Positions 25,371 to 38,757 of a stretch of DNA of 64,000 bases are shown piece by piece; position 1 is the first letter of the stretch, and each line of letters begins with the position of its first letter. Position numbers and translations under genes: made by a program. The stretch is from Leucoraja ocellata (Eukaryota). The stretch spans positions 310,001 through 374,000 of the forward strand of contig JAWMAR010000384.1 in assembly GCA_036785375.1 (NCBI GenBank), read 5' to 3'. Under the pieces are notes generated by a model. That model was not told where the DNA came from. It did not search any database and worked only from the letters and a program-made list of their open reading frames with translations.

Positions 25371-25869
25371 TAAGTACCTAAAGGGGCAGGAAAATTGGTC
25401 GTTTGTGATGTGGTGCATGCCTTCCACTGCTTATGAGGGGCTTGTGTGCTCCTGATTGTTTCATGGTTCACACTGCCATGAAGGCAATGGAGGTCATGAT
25501 GGTGAATGGGATATCAATCGATGGAGCAACTGCTAACCAAATGGTGTCAGGTTGCTTCACAGTTGTTGAAGATGCATTGATCCAGAAAGCGGAGGGTGTT
25601 CCATCACACTACTGACATGCCTTCTGGATGATGGAATGGTGCAGGTATGTTAAGAATTGAATCACTTGCCACAGGATACCCAACGTGTCTAAGAGCCGCA
25701 GTATTTCTAGTCACTGATTCAGTTCAATTTCTGGTCAATGGTGACCCCTGGGATAATGATGGTGGGGTCTTGGCAGTAGCAGCCTTTGAAATGGGAGATA
25801 GTCAGATCGTATCATGTATAAGATGGTCATAGCCTCCCAATTTTGTGCATATTGATTTTGCTTGCCACC

Positions 25870-26570
25870 TACAAGTCAATGAATAATTGTGCTCTTAGCA
25901 TATTTAAGAAGGACTGCAAGGACAAACCTCAGAACTACAAGCCAATGAACCAAACATCAGTGGTGGGAATGCTACTGTAAGGGATTGTGAGACAGGATCT
26001 GTCTGCATTTGGAAAGGTAAGATTGATTAGAGATCGTCATCAGGGCTTTTTGTGAGGGATATCATATCTCGTCAATTTGTTTAAGATTTTTGAAGAGATG
26101 ACCAAGTGGGCTGACGAGGGCAGGACGATGGAAGCTGTCCACACGGACACAGCAAGGCCTTTGACATGGGCCAGCATTGAATCCAGGGTGAGCTAGTCAA
26201 GGCGGTACAGAACTGACAGGGTGGAAGGTTTCAGAAGGGTTTAATGGAGGGCTGTTCATCAGATATCTGGCCAATGACCAGTGGTGTACCATAGGCATTG
26301 GCGTTGGGTCCCCTGTGGCTGCCGTATATATTAACAAGTTGGAAGACAGAAGGTGGCATGTTTGGTGGGTAAATGGAACGAGCTGCCAGTGGGGCCAGCT
26401 GAGGCAGGACCTACAGTATAATAGCATTTAAAAGACATTTGGACGGATACATGGATAGGAAAGGTTTGGAGAAATATCGGCCGAATGGAAGCAAATGGGG
26501 GTCTTGGTCAGCATGGACAAATTGGGCCAAAGAGCCTATTTCCGTGCTGCAAGACTTTATAAGTCTAATG
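25870..26570 (+). mobile_element. Degraded CR1 RT-region and 3' fragments
   Basis: Remnants resembling CR1 motifs (NY.P..LTSVVG, QGF, KAFD) and the HER1/HE1 tail. Confidence 0.6.
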
Positions 26571-27629
26571 ACAATGTCATCAGGATATTTATGGATCGGG
26601 ACATAGAGGAAGAATGCTGTTCAATCTTCCATGTGCAGTCATATGCGCAGAAACAAGATGAGGAGAGAATTCAGAGGGCTGAAGGAAAGCTGGTTAGAGG
26701 TTGCAGAAAGGAAGTAAGCAAAGGGACTTCAGTCTTCATCCACCAAAACTAGGCTCATCCAGACTCTCTCCATGTGAGTAATTGAAGCAACATATGAAAA
26801 CAATAACGCGGACCAGTGGGACCCTGGATCTACTCTACAAGTCGAGTTGAATCAACATTAGTCTCTGCTGCAGGTCATTCACTGTGACCTTCAGTAGCAG
26901 CCTGACAACATTTATCATTCAGGTTCACCAATAAACCCTGTAAAAGACTGTAATTTTCTGATCAGGTAAGTAACCTGATTTACTGAATTCAATTTTACTG
27001 ACTTAATTTGTGAATACCACCCCCATCTCCCAAATCTGCTGCAGTAACCCCCATCTCCCAAAATACCACCCCCATCTCCCAAATCTGCTGCACTATATTA
27101 CTTCAGAGTGTTCATCTCCAAGGAAACATCTGATGAAATGAACTGTGCAACCCAGTTAATGTCATAAAAGCGACCAGGGGTTTCGCAAATTAAAGCATTC
27201 ACAAATTTGACACGAGTGGAGCCAGAACACAGGTGTAAACCCTAGTCAGAAATGTAGGTTTTAACCATTGTCTAAATGGAGGGCCGAGATTAGTGAGCTT
27301 TTGAAAGGGTTCCAGTGCCTTGGAAGTTGGCATCAAAAAGCATGACTGCCAATGGTGGGACAATAACAGCCTAGGCAGACAGAACACAAGTGTCTGGCTT
27401 TTTACTGCTTTTGCCTGGAAAAGGTATTGAACAAAAGTAGGGGAAGAGAGATTAAAATCATTTTGACTGAGTGGTTAATGGAAGGTAAATGGTGATATCT
27501 CAGCCCCAAGTTCGATGTTCAGACACCTGCTTCTGATGCCTGCATATACCTGGTTACATCAGCCAATTCATGACGCAGGACTAGATCCCTTCTGATCTTG
27601 CAACAGGAAAGAGCAATGAAGAAAGATGG

Positions 27630-28280
27630 TATATTACATGACTTACCCCACCCCCATAGCACTTTACAACCAGAGAGACTTCTGAAGCATATATCTGTTC
27701 AACCAACGAGCTGTAATGGGTAGATCATTTGTTTTTTTTCTGTTGCTGAGTCAGCAGGGAATCAGGCATTTGACCAACAAACCCACAGCAACCATCAAGC
27801 ACACAAATTCAATTTTCTTCTCCCCGCATTCCCAGCAAGTCGCGCCAGATTCTATCGCTCACTTGCACACTGGGGACAATTTTCAGTGGTCCATTCATCT
27901 ACCAACCCACATGTCATTTAGATGTGGGAGGAAATTGGAGGAAACCTACCTGGCAAAGGAGCTGTGAGGTAACAGTACTACTCTCTTCCCCACCATTTTG
28001 CTCCTTGGTTGGGGACAAATATTGGACAAATATTGGCCTTAAGGCTAGGAGGCCAGGAGGGTCCATTGCTCTTCTTCCATTCGTGTTATGGATTATTTTG
28101 TTTTGATAAGAGGGGTCGACAAGATCTGAGTTAAAGAGTCATCCAAAAGACGTCCTCTGACAATGCAGCAGGCCCACAGCACTGCAAAGGAGCAGTAATT
28201 TGTGTTTGTCTCAAAATATGTCTTGAACCCAAAACATGTCTAACTCAGAGAAAACTGCAGTGCCATCCAAGTCAAAGCTG
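27630..28280 (-). mobile_element. Ancient DeuSINE (SacSINE1/AmnSINE-like) remnant, interrupted
   Basis: aaatattggcc..tgctcttcttc..tcatccaaaagac..gacaatgcagca..cttgaaccca..actcagag follows the recalled reverse Deu-domain consensus. Confidence 0.55.
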
Positions 28281-28809
28281 GAAAATGAATTATACAGCTA
28301 GACATTTAGATGCCTCAGGTTAGACCGATACATATCTAACATACCAGATACTCCCAGAAACCACAAGCAAAATAATTTGTCTTTGCAATGGAAATGTCAT
28401 TAAAATTTGTTCAATTGGTGGAATAGATGAGGGATTTTCTGTGGAAAGTCCAATTGGTTCCAAGATATGAAGATATTAGAGGTTCCAGCAGTGATTCCAT
28501 CCAAGTGGGCATTAAACAAGTTTGATCAGGACTTGACTCCAAGTGCCTTTTATTTTCAACCAATGTCTAAGGTCAAGCACAAAAGGCATTTTGCTTTCTA
28601 TGTAAATGTTCATTGTTAAAACTGCAGCACCATGTGCAAGAGAAGTTAGTTCAAAATGGGATTGCACCTGTTTTTGTTAAATTACAGTATCATTGTGTTG
28701 AGTGGCAATGGCAAATCAATTCTCCGTAAAAGGAATTGCAAAATTGGACAAAACATGTCTGTAATGATGTTGACGTTATATATCCAGAAACACTCATTAA
28801 TATTGGGTT

Positions 28810-28896
28810 ACATAAAAATGCTGCTGCACCCGCTGAGTTTCTCCAGCATTTTTGTGTACCTTCGATTTTCCAGCATCTGCAGTTCCTTCTTGAACA
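28810..28896 (+). mobile_element. Penelope-derived short element (family A), truncated
   Basis: 15-bp TSD cattaa(t/c)attgggtt at 28795-28809 and 28897-28911. Confidence 0.75.
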
Positions 28897-29275
28897 CATT
28901 AACATTGGGTTTGTGTGGCTACAAATACAACTCAACACTGCTGCCAACAATGTGCAGCAACCACAGATGCATACTAGGATTGTCCATGACACCCAAACAA
29001 CCTTGGCACACACCATGGCTGCTAGGCAGGAGAACGGGCCTGCAGGGAAGAAATAACATGTTCCACATTTCATTCAAGGGGCATGGAAGTCTTGGGTAAT
29101 GTGATGCATGTCTGGAGCTATGCCCTGTATACCAAAGAGCCAGAACATCACAAGGACTGACAAAGGGAAAGCCTGGCAGGAAATGACTCCGATAGTCTCT
29201 TGTGGGAGTGAAGATCCCTGCTCAATCGAGGAAGACACAAGTCATTTGTCATCAAAGGAACTATCAGGGTGAGCT

Positions 29276-29356
29276 TCTCTCTCGCTTGCTCTCTCTCCGT
29301 CTCTCTCTCCCTCTCTGTCTCTCTCTGTCTCACACACACACACACACACACACACC
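29276..29356. repeat. Compound (CT)n(CA)n microsatellite
   Basis: Directly visible. Confidence 0.95.
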
Positions 29357-29986
29357 ACCTTCTTGTATACTAACCTACGCCCCATAATTGCCATTTTAAC
29401 CCCTTGAACATCTACACAGAGAACAAACTCCCAAAGGTTGGAAATTCATATCCCTTAGAGTGCAGAAAAAGTTTACACTGACAAGGCAGCTGCCGACATT
29501 TTTATGCCTTCTGTGATACAACTAGTGTGATTTTTAGTATCATGCATTTCAGGTCAAATAATACAAAGTCATTAGCTTGAGAGGGATGCTTTTCAAATAC
29601 AATGTATTACTTCACAGTAAGAAGCAGGTGAGCATGAAATATTTTGACTGATTCTGTAACTGCGATGCAATTCTAGCAAGGATTTGTCTGAACTCCAATG
29701 TGAGGTTAATTCTTCCCTTGAGAATCCTCTCCCATGCTCAGCCTGCTCTTATTATACTTGTACTGACAACCTCAGAAGGAGAAATACAACGAGGCTTAAG
29801 AATATGACCAAAGACACATGGTGCGATCAAGTACCTGCTCCATCTTATCCTATTTGATGCAGGGCTGAAAGTGATGGGAATGGATGAGACAGATTTAGTC
29901 AGTTGTAGGAAAAAGTCCTCTTCCTGATCACTGAGCAAAAAATCTGGGCTTTGAGCAATGTGTTCCATTGGCAGGGGTCAATGTTA

Positions 29987-30150
29987 NNNNNNNNNNNNNN
30001 NNNNNNNNNNNNNNNNNNNNNNNNNNNNNNNNNNNNNNNNNNNNNNNNNNNNNNNNNNNNNNNNNNNNNNNNNNNNNNNNNNNNNNNNNNNNNNNNNNNN
30101 NNNNNNNNNNNNNNNNNNNNNNNNNNNNNNNNNNNNNNNNNNNNNNNNNN
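29987..30150. other. Assembly gap (164 N)
   Basis: Run of N. Confidence 1.
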
Positions 30151-32073
30151 TGCACAGAATATCACATGTCAGCAATTATAAACATAGAAAAATGCTCCTT
30201 CACTGGTCTTCGGATATTTGGCACAATCTCATAACTAGGAATGAGCTCTTCACTGATGGACACATCTTTGCTTTCTGACCCGAGCTCTGACATTCCCTAA
30301 GTAGCCAGACTTGGCCCAATTGACACCTCAAGTAATGGGGTGCCATCAGTTGTAGTACAGGGGAAAGCTTTGATCAGAGGCTTTAGCAGTTACATTATAG
30401 AAAAAAGAATGCTTCCTATTACATGCAACACCCTGTGGATTTGGAAAGTGTTTGAGCAGCCATCTGCCAGTTCCTAGGCTTCTCCATCAACTCATATGGC
30501 ATTTATTTAAAACAAAACAGGAAAAGCAAGATCGTGATTTAGTGGGGGTTTTTTCTTACGGAGATTTTTCCACATTGGTCATTGTGTGAAGCTTTGACCC
30601 TCCTATTAGGTTGGAATGGGAAGAAACCTACATTACGTGAATAATGGTATCATTAAACATGCCTGATTTTATGAATATGCCAGGCCTACTAACATGGCTT
30701 ACAACCGGAAATCTTCAATCCAATTTTACAACCGGTACAATTTCATTCAGAAGAAATTACTGCAGTTAAAATAGATTTTAGAACACATAACACTTAAAAA
30801 CAGTGCTCACTTCATATCTTTATTGCCAACACATTATTCTAGCAGAAGATGTAGTGACGGGAACCGCCCAGTCGAGACCAAACACACACAGCTGAAGTCA
30901 ACAAGAAAGCAAAAATACACAGAGACATGCACTAATGCACATATGTGTGGTGTTAGTAGTGTGGGGCGGTGTGGGGGGGAGTGGGGATTACTAAATAGGG
31001 GCAGAAGCAATCACTCACTCATTCTGTGGGTTTATAATGATGAAGCTGGTAAAGACTGCAACATCTATCCATTTGCTGTCCTGCATCGATCAAATGGGGT
31101 CTTTGAACCTTTTTATATATTTTTCTTCAATGGGTCTTCCTTGAAATAATTTAAATGTGTGTAAAAATACACCTACCAGAGCAACTATTGGACGACCAGC
31201 CCTTTTATATTTAAACCTGTCACCCTTGGTACATCAACATTTCAACATGAACAATTTGTCTGGACAAATTTTCTGAATCCCTTTCGAAAAAGCAATCAGT
31301 CACTTCAAAGTCATTTCTTTTCCAAGGAAAACATGTTCAATCTTTCCACACAACTTAATTTCCCGACATCTGGAATCATCTCCTTGACTCCCTTTGTACT
31401 TATTCAAAGGTCATTTTAGGTTCATCACAATCAGAACCACATATATTCCCTCAGACGGTGCCTAATAATGTCTTGCATGCTGCATTCCTGGGGGTTTACT
31501 ATCAATTCTCAAAACATGAGAGCAAACTTATGAACTCACTTGTCTCACCGCAATTCTGCTCTGAATACCCTTCCATGTTCTTGCTCCGACCAAGGTTGCT
31601 TTCCACCCACCCCGCCTGAATCTTGTTATTAATGGAAATGGTGGCATCCTTCACAACATACACACAAAAGGTTCTTTCATTTACTTTCTGAAGTCGTTCT
31701 ATTGCCCTTTCGAATGCAGAGTTCATTTATTTTGTCTTGGGTGACAGCCATCTTTCAACAAACACCCTTTTATTTCCTTGTGGATTATGGGATCCTTCTG
31801 TGCAGAGCAAGGCTATCTGTGCTGAGTTACCTGGGCATTCATAGTTTCATCACTACTACATGGATGTGAGCAGGAAGTCAGAGCTGAGGTGAGAATACAT
31901 TGGACCATCAACCCAACACATTTCACTCTCTCATACTGTACATTGCATCAAACAAGGCCCCCCTCCCCACTTGCATCCCCCACACCCCATAAAGAAATCC
32001 CCAACCCCAGCAAACATAAACACCATGTCACCCCTTACATATCCATTGAATCCTGCAATATAACACTACCTTA

Positions 32074-32428
32074 AGGGCCTGTCCCATGGGCATGCGACTG
32101 CATGCGGCAAGCGCGACCAAACCGGAAGCAGGGGCCGCGCGGAGGTCGAGTGAGTGACGTGAAGCTCGAGCGAAGTCCGCGGGAGGTTCACGCGTGACGT
32201 ACGGCGTCGAGACGCTGCGCACGCCCGTCGAGGCGGCTGCGGGCCGGCAAGCCGTTGCCGCGCGGAATTTTTGAACACGGCCCGTTTTTCGGAGCCCCGC
32301 GCGATGTCGGGACCAGCTCGATGTCGGGACCAGCTCCGCACAACTCCATACGGCTCCGGCAATCGAAGTGGGACCGGCCCCGCGAGGCCGTGCAGCTCAA
32401 GCGACCACGTTAGGTCGCGCTCGCCGCA
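32074..32428. mobile_element. MITE family 2 copy, right TIR truncated
   Basis: TTA followed by AGGGCCTGTCCCA. Colinear with 14886-15213; internal duplication of cgatgtcgggaccagct. Confidence 0.8.
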
Positions 32429-33044
32429 CACACTTGCCCTACCAAGTCTCTGACTCACCCAACATGGTACCCAACATCACAGAAACTGCACCATCCTCTT
32501 CACCAATATTAAAACAGCGCACATACACTGAACACCCACCCCAACTCCCGCACACGATATATCACCTTCCTGATGTACCCTGCACAAACTACCTTGCACT
32601 GCATTGGCAACCCACTCTATGCACATTTCCTCTCACAAACTGCACCACACTCCACATCTCCCTCCATCAATCCACACCACTCCTGGTCTGTATCAACTAT
32701 ATTCTACCACCCTCAAGCCATATCAACCTACGCCATGTGTTACTCTCTTACAGACATCATATCGCATACTTTATGTTCCAACGTGCTCCGTCATTCTATC
32801 ACACATACCATATCACCCAATCTCTGACTACACCCAGTCCTTCATCCACATTCACACTGCATTAGACAACCTTGAATCTACTACCTCACCCTTACACCTC
32901 TTGCACAAGCACGTTCAAGAGATGCAGAAACACTGGACAGAACACATACGTATCACCTGATGTGCCAGGAATCTCAGTGTGAGAGTAGAGCGTTGGAGAA
33001 AGGATGAATCCTCTTCACTGCTTTCACCTGACAAGACTAACACT

Positions 33045-33690
33045 TGAGTTCAAGTTCAAGTTCAAGTGAGTTTATTGTCATGTGTCCCTGATAGGACAAT
33101 GAAATTCTTGCTTTGCTTCAGCACACAGAACATAGTAGGCATTAACTACAAAACCGATCAATGTGTCCATATACTATAATATAAATATATACACACATGA
33201 ATAAATAAAATGATAAAGTGCAAATAACAGACAATGAGTTATTAATAATCAGAGTTTTGTCCGAGCCAGTCCTGTTGGCTGTGGGGAAGTAGCTATTCCT
33301 GAACCTGGTTGTTGCAGTCTTTAGGCTCCTGTACCTTCTACCTGAAGGTAGCAGGGAGATGAGTGTGTGGCCAGGATGTTGTGGGTCTTTGATGATACTG
33401 CCAGCCTTTTTGAGGCAGCGACTGCGATAAATCCCCTCGATGGAAGGAAGGTCAGAGCCGATGATGGACTGGGCAGTGTTTACTACTTTTTGTAGTCTTT
33501 TCCTCTCCAGGGAGCTCAAATTGCCGAACCAAGCCACGATGCAACCGGTCAGCATGCTCTCTACTGTGCACCTGTAAAAGTTAGAGAGAGTCCTCCTTGA
33601 CAAACCGACTCTCCGTAATCTTCTCAGGAAGTGGAGGCGCTGATGAGCTTTCTTGGGGATTGCATTAGTGTTGTCGGACCAGGAAATGCT
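33045..33690 (-). mobile_element. Rex1/Babar LINE 3' fragment, (CTTGAA)n tail
   Basis: ORF 33142-33603: FYRCTVES.LT.CI.AWFG..LQKVV.TAQ.I.G..LPSGRRYRS..RFRNSYFP. Confidence 0.9.
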
Positions 33691-34378
33691 TTTCAGGCAG
33701 CCAAGCTCAAAGACTTCAACCCATCGTCTTTAAGTGTGTTTCTGCCAATCTGTGATCACAGTTCCTCTCGTTCTCCTTTGTTGACCCCTGCTGACAAATA
33801 AACACTTCATCTGCTGCAAACGGAGCTCTCTGCTCCCTTCCCCTTTGAAAGCTGGATTTAAAGTTCCTGTGAGCCCTTTTGTTCAGGCGGCAAGTCTAAG
33901 TGTTGGGTGCGGGCTAAAGCCCTTGCAACTGCCACTGAGGCTGCTGGCCACTACTGGCGCTGGTCTCCGGTGCCAGAGGACACCACCATCAGAGCCTGGC
34001 AGCTGCCAGGGCTACCAGCAGCCAAGATTCCCCCACTGCTGATCAGCTGATCCCCACCGCTGATTGGACTGGGATAACCACAGGCTGCAATAATATTTAG
34101 AGAAGTGTGTCAATTCCAGCCAGCCGGAGTGGGGCAGACACTGGCTCTTTCTTAAGGCTGCCAAACCTTCAGTTGTCACGTGTCTGAATGTTGGTACGGG
34201 ATCATACACCACAGACGCAGGGAGGCCTTTTGGCCCATTGTGATCCTGCCAGCCCTTTGAAAGTGCTATCCACAAGGTTCACAATATTTTTCTAATTTTT
34301 TGTTAACTGGGATCCAATATCTTTTTGAAAATCGGTGAAGCTGCTTTCTCCACCATTTCAGGAGGCACATTCCTGCTT

Positions 34379-34423
<45 letters not shown>

Positions 34424-35184
34424 TTTATTTATAAAGCACTTTTAGGCAACATCAGTTACCACAAAGTGCTGTACAATGGAAATCAACAAAAAGTTATCAC
34501 AAAACTAAAACCATTAAAACGACAGGACTATAAAAACAGTAAAAAATTAAAAGACATTAAAAGCACTAAAACAGGAACAAAGTCTCAGCCAGTGTCGAAA
34601 GCCAGTGAATAAAAGTGCGTTTTTAGGGAGGATTTAAAGATGGACAGTGAAGGGGCCTGTCTGATCTGCAGCGGCAAGGTGTTCCATTGTCCGGTGCAGC
34701 AACAGAAAAGGCTCTATCCCCTCTGAGCTTCCGCTTAGACCTTGGTACCTCAAGGAGCAGCTGATCCGCTGACCTGAGGCACCGGGTAGGAGCATATAGG
34801 TGGAGCAGCTCAGAGAGGTAAGGCGGGGCGAGGCCATTCAAAGATTTAAAAACAAATAAAAGATTTGTTTTAACCACTGCGCCTATTTGCTTATCTAATT
34901 TAAAATCACTGTCCATCATAAAACCCAGGTTTAAAACTGTTGGCTTTTCAAACACTGCAAGTGGACCCAAGTCAACAGAGGGAGGTTCACGGCAGCCATT
35001 AGGGCCGAACAAAATCACTTCCGTCTTTTTTTCGTTAAGTCCCAGAAAGTTTAAGGCCATCCAGGACTTAATGTCCTCAAGACAAGACAGAAGTGATTTT
35101 AGGGAATAATTATCTTCTTTCCTGAGTGGCATATACAACTGGCTATCATCCGCGTAAAAGTGAAAGGAGATGCCATGCCTTCTT
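34379..35184 (-). mobile_element. L2 LINE, 5'-truncated and internally deleted, (ATT)n tail
   Basis: RHGISFHFYADDSQLY RT motif, CLEDIKSWM.LNFL.LN..KTE, LAPPYLSELL..LRS..GDRAFSVAAP, typical L2 3' end tgtacagcacttt..aataaa. Confidence 0.9.
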
Positions 35185-35524
35185 AAAATTTAAAAATTAA
35201 ATAAAATTTAAAAATAAAAAAAAAAGAGCTGTATGTTTTATAAATTTTCTTCTCTCTGCACTTTCTGCCAATGTGAGGGAGGAATGATTTAATGGGAAAA
35301 TGAGGGGTGACATTTTTACCCAAAGGGTGGTATATGGAACAAGCTGCGGAGGAGGTAGTTGGGGCAAGTATTATCGTAAAACATTTAAGAGACATTTGGA
35401 CAGGTACATTTGGATAGGTTTAGAGGGACATGGGCTAAGTGTGGGCAGGTGGGACTAGTGTAGATGGGTCATGTTGGTTGGCTTGAGCAAGGTGGGCCAA
35501 AGGGCCTGTTTCCAGGGGTGTAAA

Positions 35525-35751
35525 TGCCCCTGTTCCCACTTAGGAAACCTGAACGGAAACCTCTCGAGACTTTGCGCCCCACCCAAGGTTTCCGTGCGGT
35601 TCCCGGAGGTTTTTGTCAGTCTCCCTACCTGCTTCCACTACCTGCAACCTCCGGCAACCACCTGCAACCTCCGGGAACCGCACGGAAACCTTGGGTGGGG
35701 CGCAAAGTCTCCAGAGGTTTCCGTTCAGGTTTCCTAAGTGGGACAGGTGCA
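35525..35751. mobile_element. Palindromic MITE family 1 inserted in a CR1/HE1 tail
   Basis: Same TIRs; host tail (gggcctgtttcc ... tatctctgtgactctatga) continues on both sides. Confidence 0.85.
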
Positions 35752-36049
35752 TATCTCTGTGACTCTATGACAATCATCACTAGGCCAACATCCCCAGTAT
35801 TGAGATGCTAATCACATGCAGTCAGCTCTGTGAGACAGGTCGCTCACATGCCCCACACCAGACTCCTCAAACAGACACCATATTCGAGCTCTGTTATGGG
35901 ATGAGGTTACCTGATAAACAGGAGACGAGGGTGAAGAATTTGCTCAAAGCCTCTTTTAAAAAAGTATGATATCCTAACTGTCGTTTGGAGGTTCCTGGCC
36001 CATGTTCCCCAAAATGGAGAAGGAGAGCATTTCATGTCAATAATGAAGT

Positions 36050-36410
36050 TAGAGCAAAATTAGGCCATGTGGTCCATCAAGTCTACTCCGTCATTCAATC
36101 ACGATGGATCTATCTTCTGCTCTCAACACTCTTCTCCTGCCGCCTCCCCATAACCCGTCACCCACACTAATTAAGAATCTATCAATCTCCACCTTAAAAA
36201 TATGCATTAATTTGAGCTCTACAGCCTTCTGTTGCAATGAATTCCACAGATTCACCATCCTCTGACTAAAGAAATTCCACCTCCTCTCCTTTCTAAAGGT
36301 AGGTTCTTTTATTCTGAGGCAATGGGCTTTGGTCCTAGACTCTCCCACTAGTGGAAACATCTTCTCCACATCCACACTATCCAGGCCTTTCACTATTCGG
36401 TAAGTTTGAA
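36050..36410 (-). mobile_element. CR1 3' fragment
   Basis: ORF 36091-36393: MFPLVGESRT..FFSQR.VNLWNSL. Confidence 0.8.
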
Positions 36411-38757
36411 GCTACCTTCAAGCTTCTGGCCGTGTAGGTTTGGGCTACCCAGTGGTGCAGGTAAGAGAGCTCTTGCTCCATAACATCAGAGCCACAGGTT
36501 CAGCCCTGACCCTGGATGTTACTTGTGTGTGTTTGCAAGTTCTGCCAGTAACCATCTGGATGTTCCTATCTTCGACTACATCGTTAAGGTGTGTGGCTTG
36601 GCAGATTAATTGGTCAGGCCCTTTGGCCCAACTTGCTCAAGCCAACCAACATCACCCATCTACACTAGTCCCACCTGCCCACACTTAGCCCATGTCCCTC
36701 TAAACCCATCTACATTTCTAGTGTCCAGGTGAGAGGTAGAAGTCACCAACCAACCTTAGCCATAACCTGCTTCTAGTAAAGGAGTGTTGCCAGTGTCGGG
36801 AACATTGACACCATCTATCCATTTAGCTAAAATACAGGAAGCCATTCAGCCCATCGAGTCAATGACGATTCACAGAGCAATCCCATTCCCCCATTCTTTA
36901 TCCCTGTAACCATATTTTCCCACATACATATCAATTCCATGTAGGGGGCAATTTATAGTGGCCAATTTACAAAACCAAGCTGCACATCTTTGGAACACAA
37001 GAGGAAACTAGGGGAAACCTACATGGTCACAGGGAGAGCATACAAGATCCACACAGTTATCACCTGTGGTCAGGTTCAAACCCGGGCCAGTGGTGCTGTG
37101 AAATATAATAGGAGTTCTCCTTATCATACCAATGTGTCAACCCCTTTGAGGCCGGCAGTGAATGAGTAGCTCAGGAGCTAAATGCCAGAGGAAACACCCA
37201 CTGTAGATAGGTAGAACTATAGTCCGTTCAGAGGCAGACCAGTCAGTCGCACAATGTAAGCAGAGGGTCCCTTTAACTAGCAAGAAAAAACACAAATGCA
37301 CAATGTGCTTATTGTTCAACGAGTGCTCTGTGCCAGTCATGTTGTTGAGCTTTGTGCTTCAATTTATGTTAGCAGCGGCATAAATGAACGTTGCTTGAAT
37401 AATCACATCTTTGATTATGTGTCAGACACTGGGGAAAGGCCAGCACACCAACGTCAATCCTGCGCACAGAATCAAGTTCAATTTTGCAACGGATGCAATT
37501 TCAGTATAACGAGTAACTCTACCAAAATCAACTAGGATATATGTTATACCTAACAAGAAAGTACAACACAGTCCAATTTCCTGGATTATATTTCAAACCC
37601 AGAGCAATAAGCACCTTGAATGACGCAGATTGTTCAAGTTCAAGTGAGTTTATTGTCATGTGTCCCTTATTACATTGAGTATATGCCGGCTTGATAACTC
37701 TTGACTCCCTTCTGGTACAGAAATTGGACATAAACTGGAAACTGTAAAGTAGGGGAACGCCGTCCACCTGCGTACCCCCCCATTTCCATCACTGGTATAG
37801 ATACATGATATGGGTGGTGCCGCTGGAGCCTCATGCTGTGTTCTCACTGCAGTCGCAGGATGTGTGGAAGTGCTGTTTATGGTTGGAAAGGGGAGGTATT
37901 GGGGTCTTGGTCTTGAAATGGGGGGAGGCGATGCTGTGGATGTGGGTGATCTTGACCCTCACTGGGCATATTATTCACTGGTGTGGGAGAGCTCAGTGTG
38001 AGGTGAACATTTCTAAAAATCACCTTTCTATTTTAGATTTCCAGTGTTGGCATTGATATAGTTAGCTCACATTTCTAGCATTTTTAGCTCTTTCCTTTCT
38101 TCTCATTCATCTCTCGCTATTTTCAGCTCCTACAGTTGTGACCAACTAGTCTCAGTCACCACCAAAGATCATCCACCACGATCATTTGCATCATTCACAT
38201 TTGCATATTCCACCCTATTACTGACAGTGCCCTTGTTCTCTCCATCCCTCCCCCTTCTCTACAATACAAAACATATTTGATTTCCAACTTTTCCTCATTC
38301 TGATGGAGGGTCATTGACCTAAAATGTTAACTAATTTCCTCCCTCCGCAGATGCTACCTTATTAACTGGGTACTTCCCCCATTATCTGATTTTATTTCAG
38401 TTTCCCGGAACTTGCACAATAGTGTTGTCCGTAAAAAATTACATATTTCATATTTACTTATTACATTGAGTATATCCTGGCGTTTGAACAAAATCACCTT
38501 CCCACTCATTTTAGGGAACAAAAGCTAATATAGCTGCTGCCTCCTAGCTCCAGAGCAATGGGTTCAATTTCCACCTTGCTGCTGCCTGTGTGGATTTTCA
38601 CCTATCCATCAATTCAATTTGTTATCATATTTAAAAATTCAATCCAATAATTTCCCGCACTCCACCCAACACACACCACCTGGCCTCTCACTTCAGCCTC
38701 CTATTCCACTCCAAATTAACTGTGATTCCATCCGTTACGACCACCTGGATAAGGGCA

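Noticed and set aside
29899-30278. ORFs spanning the N run
   Set aside because: Gap artefacts.
32368-32960. 165-aa and 118-aa ORFs
   Set aside because: They lie in a C/A-rich, G-poor low-complexity tract (the first starts in a MITE); no domain recognised.
33945-33962. CTCF-like TGGCCACTACTGGCGCT
   Set aside because: One base short and lacks the central AG of the core.
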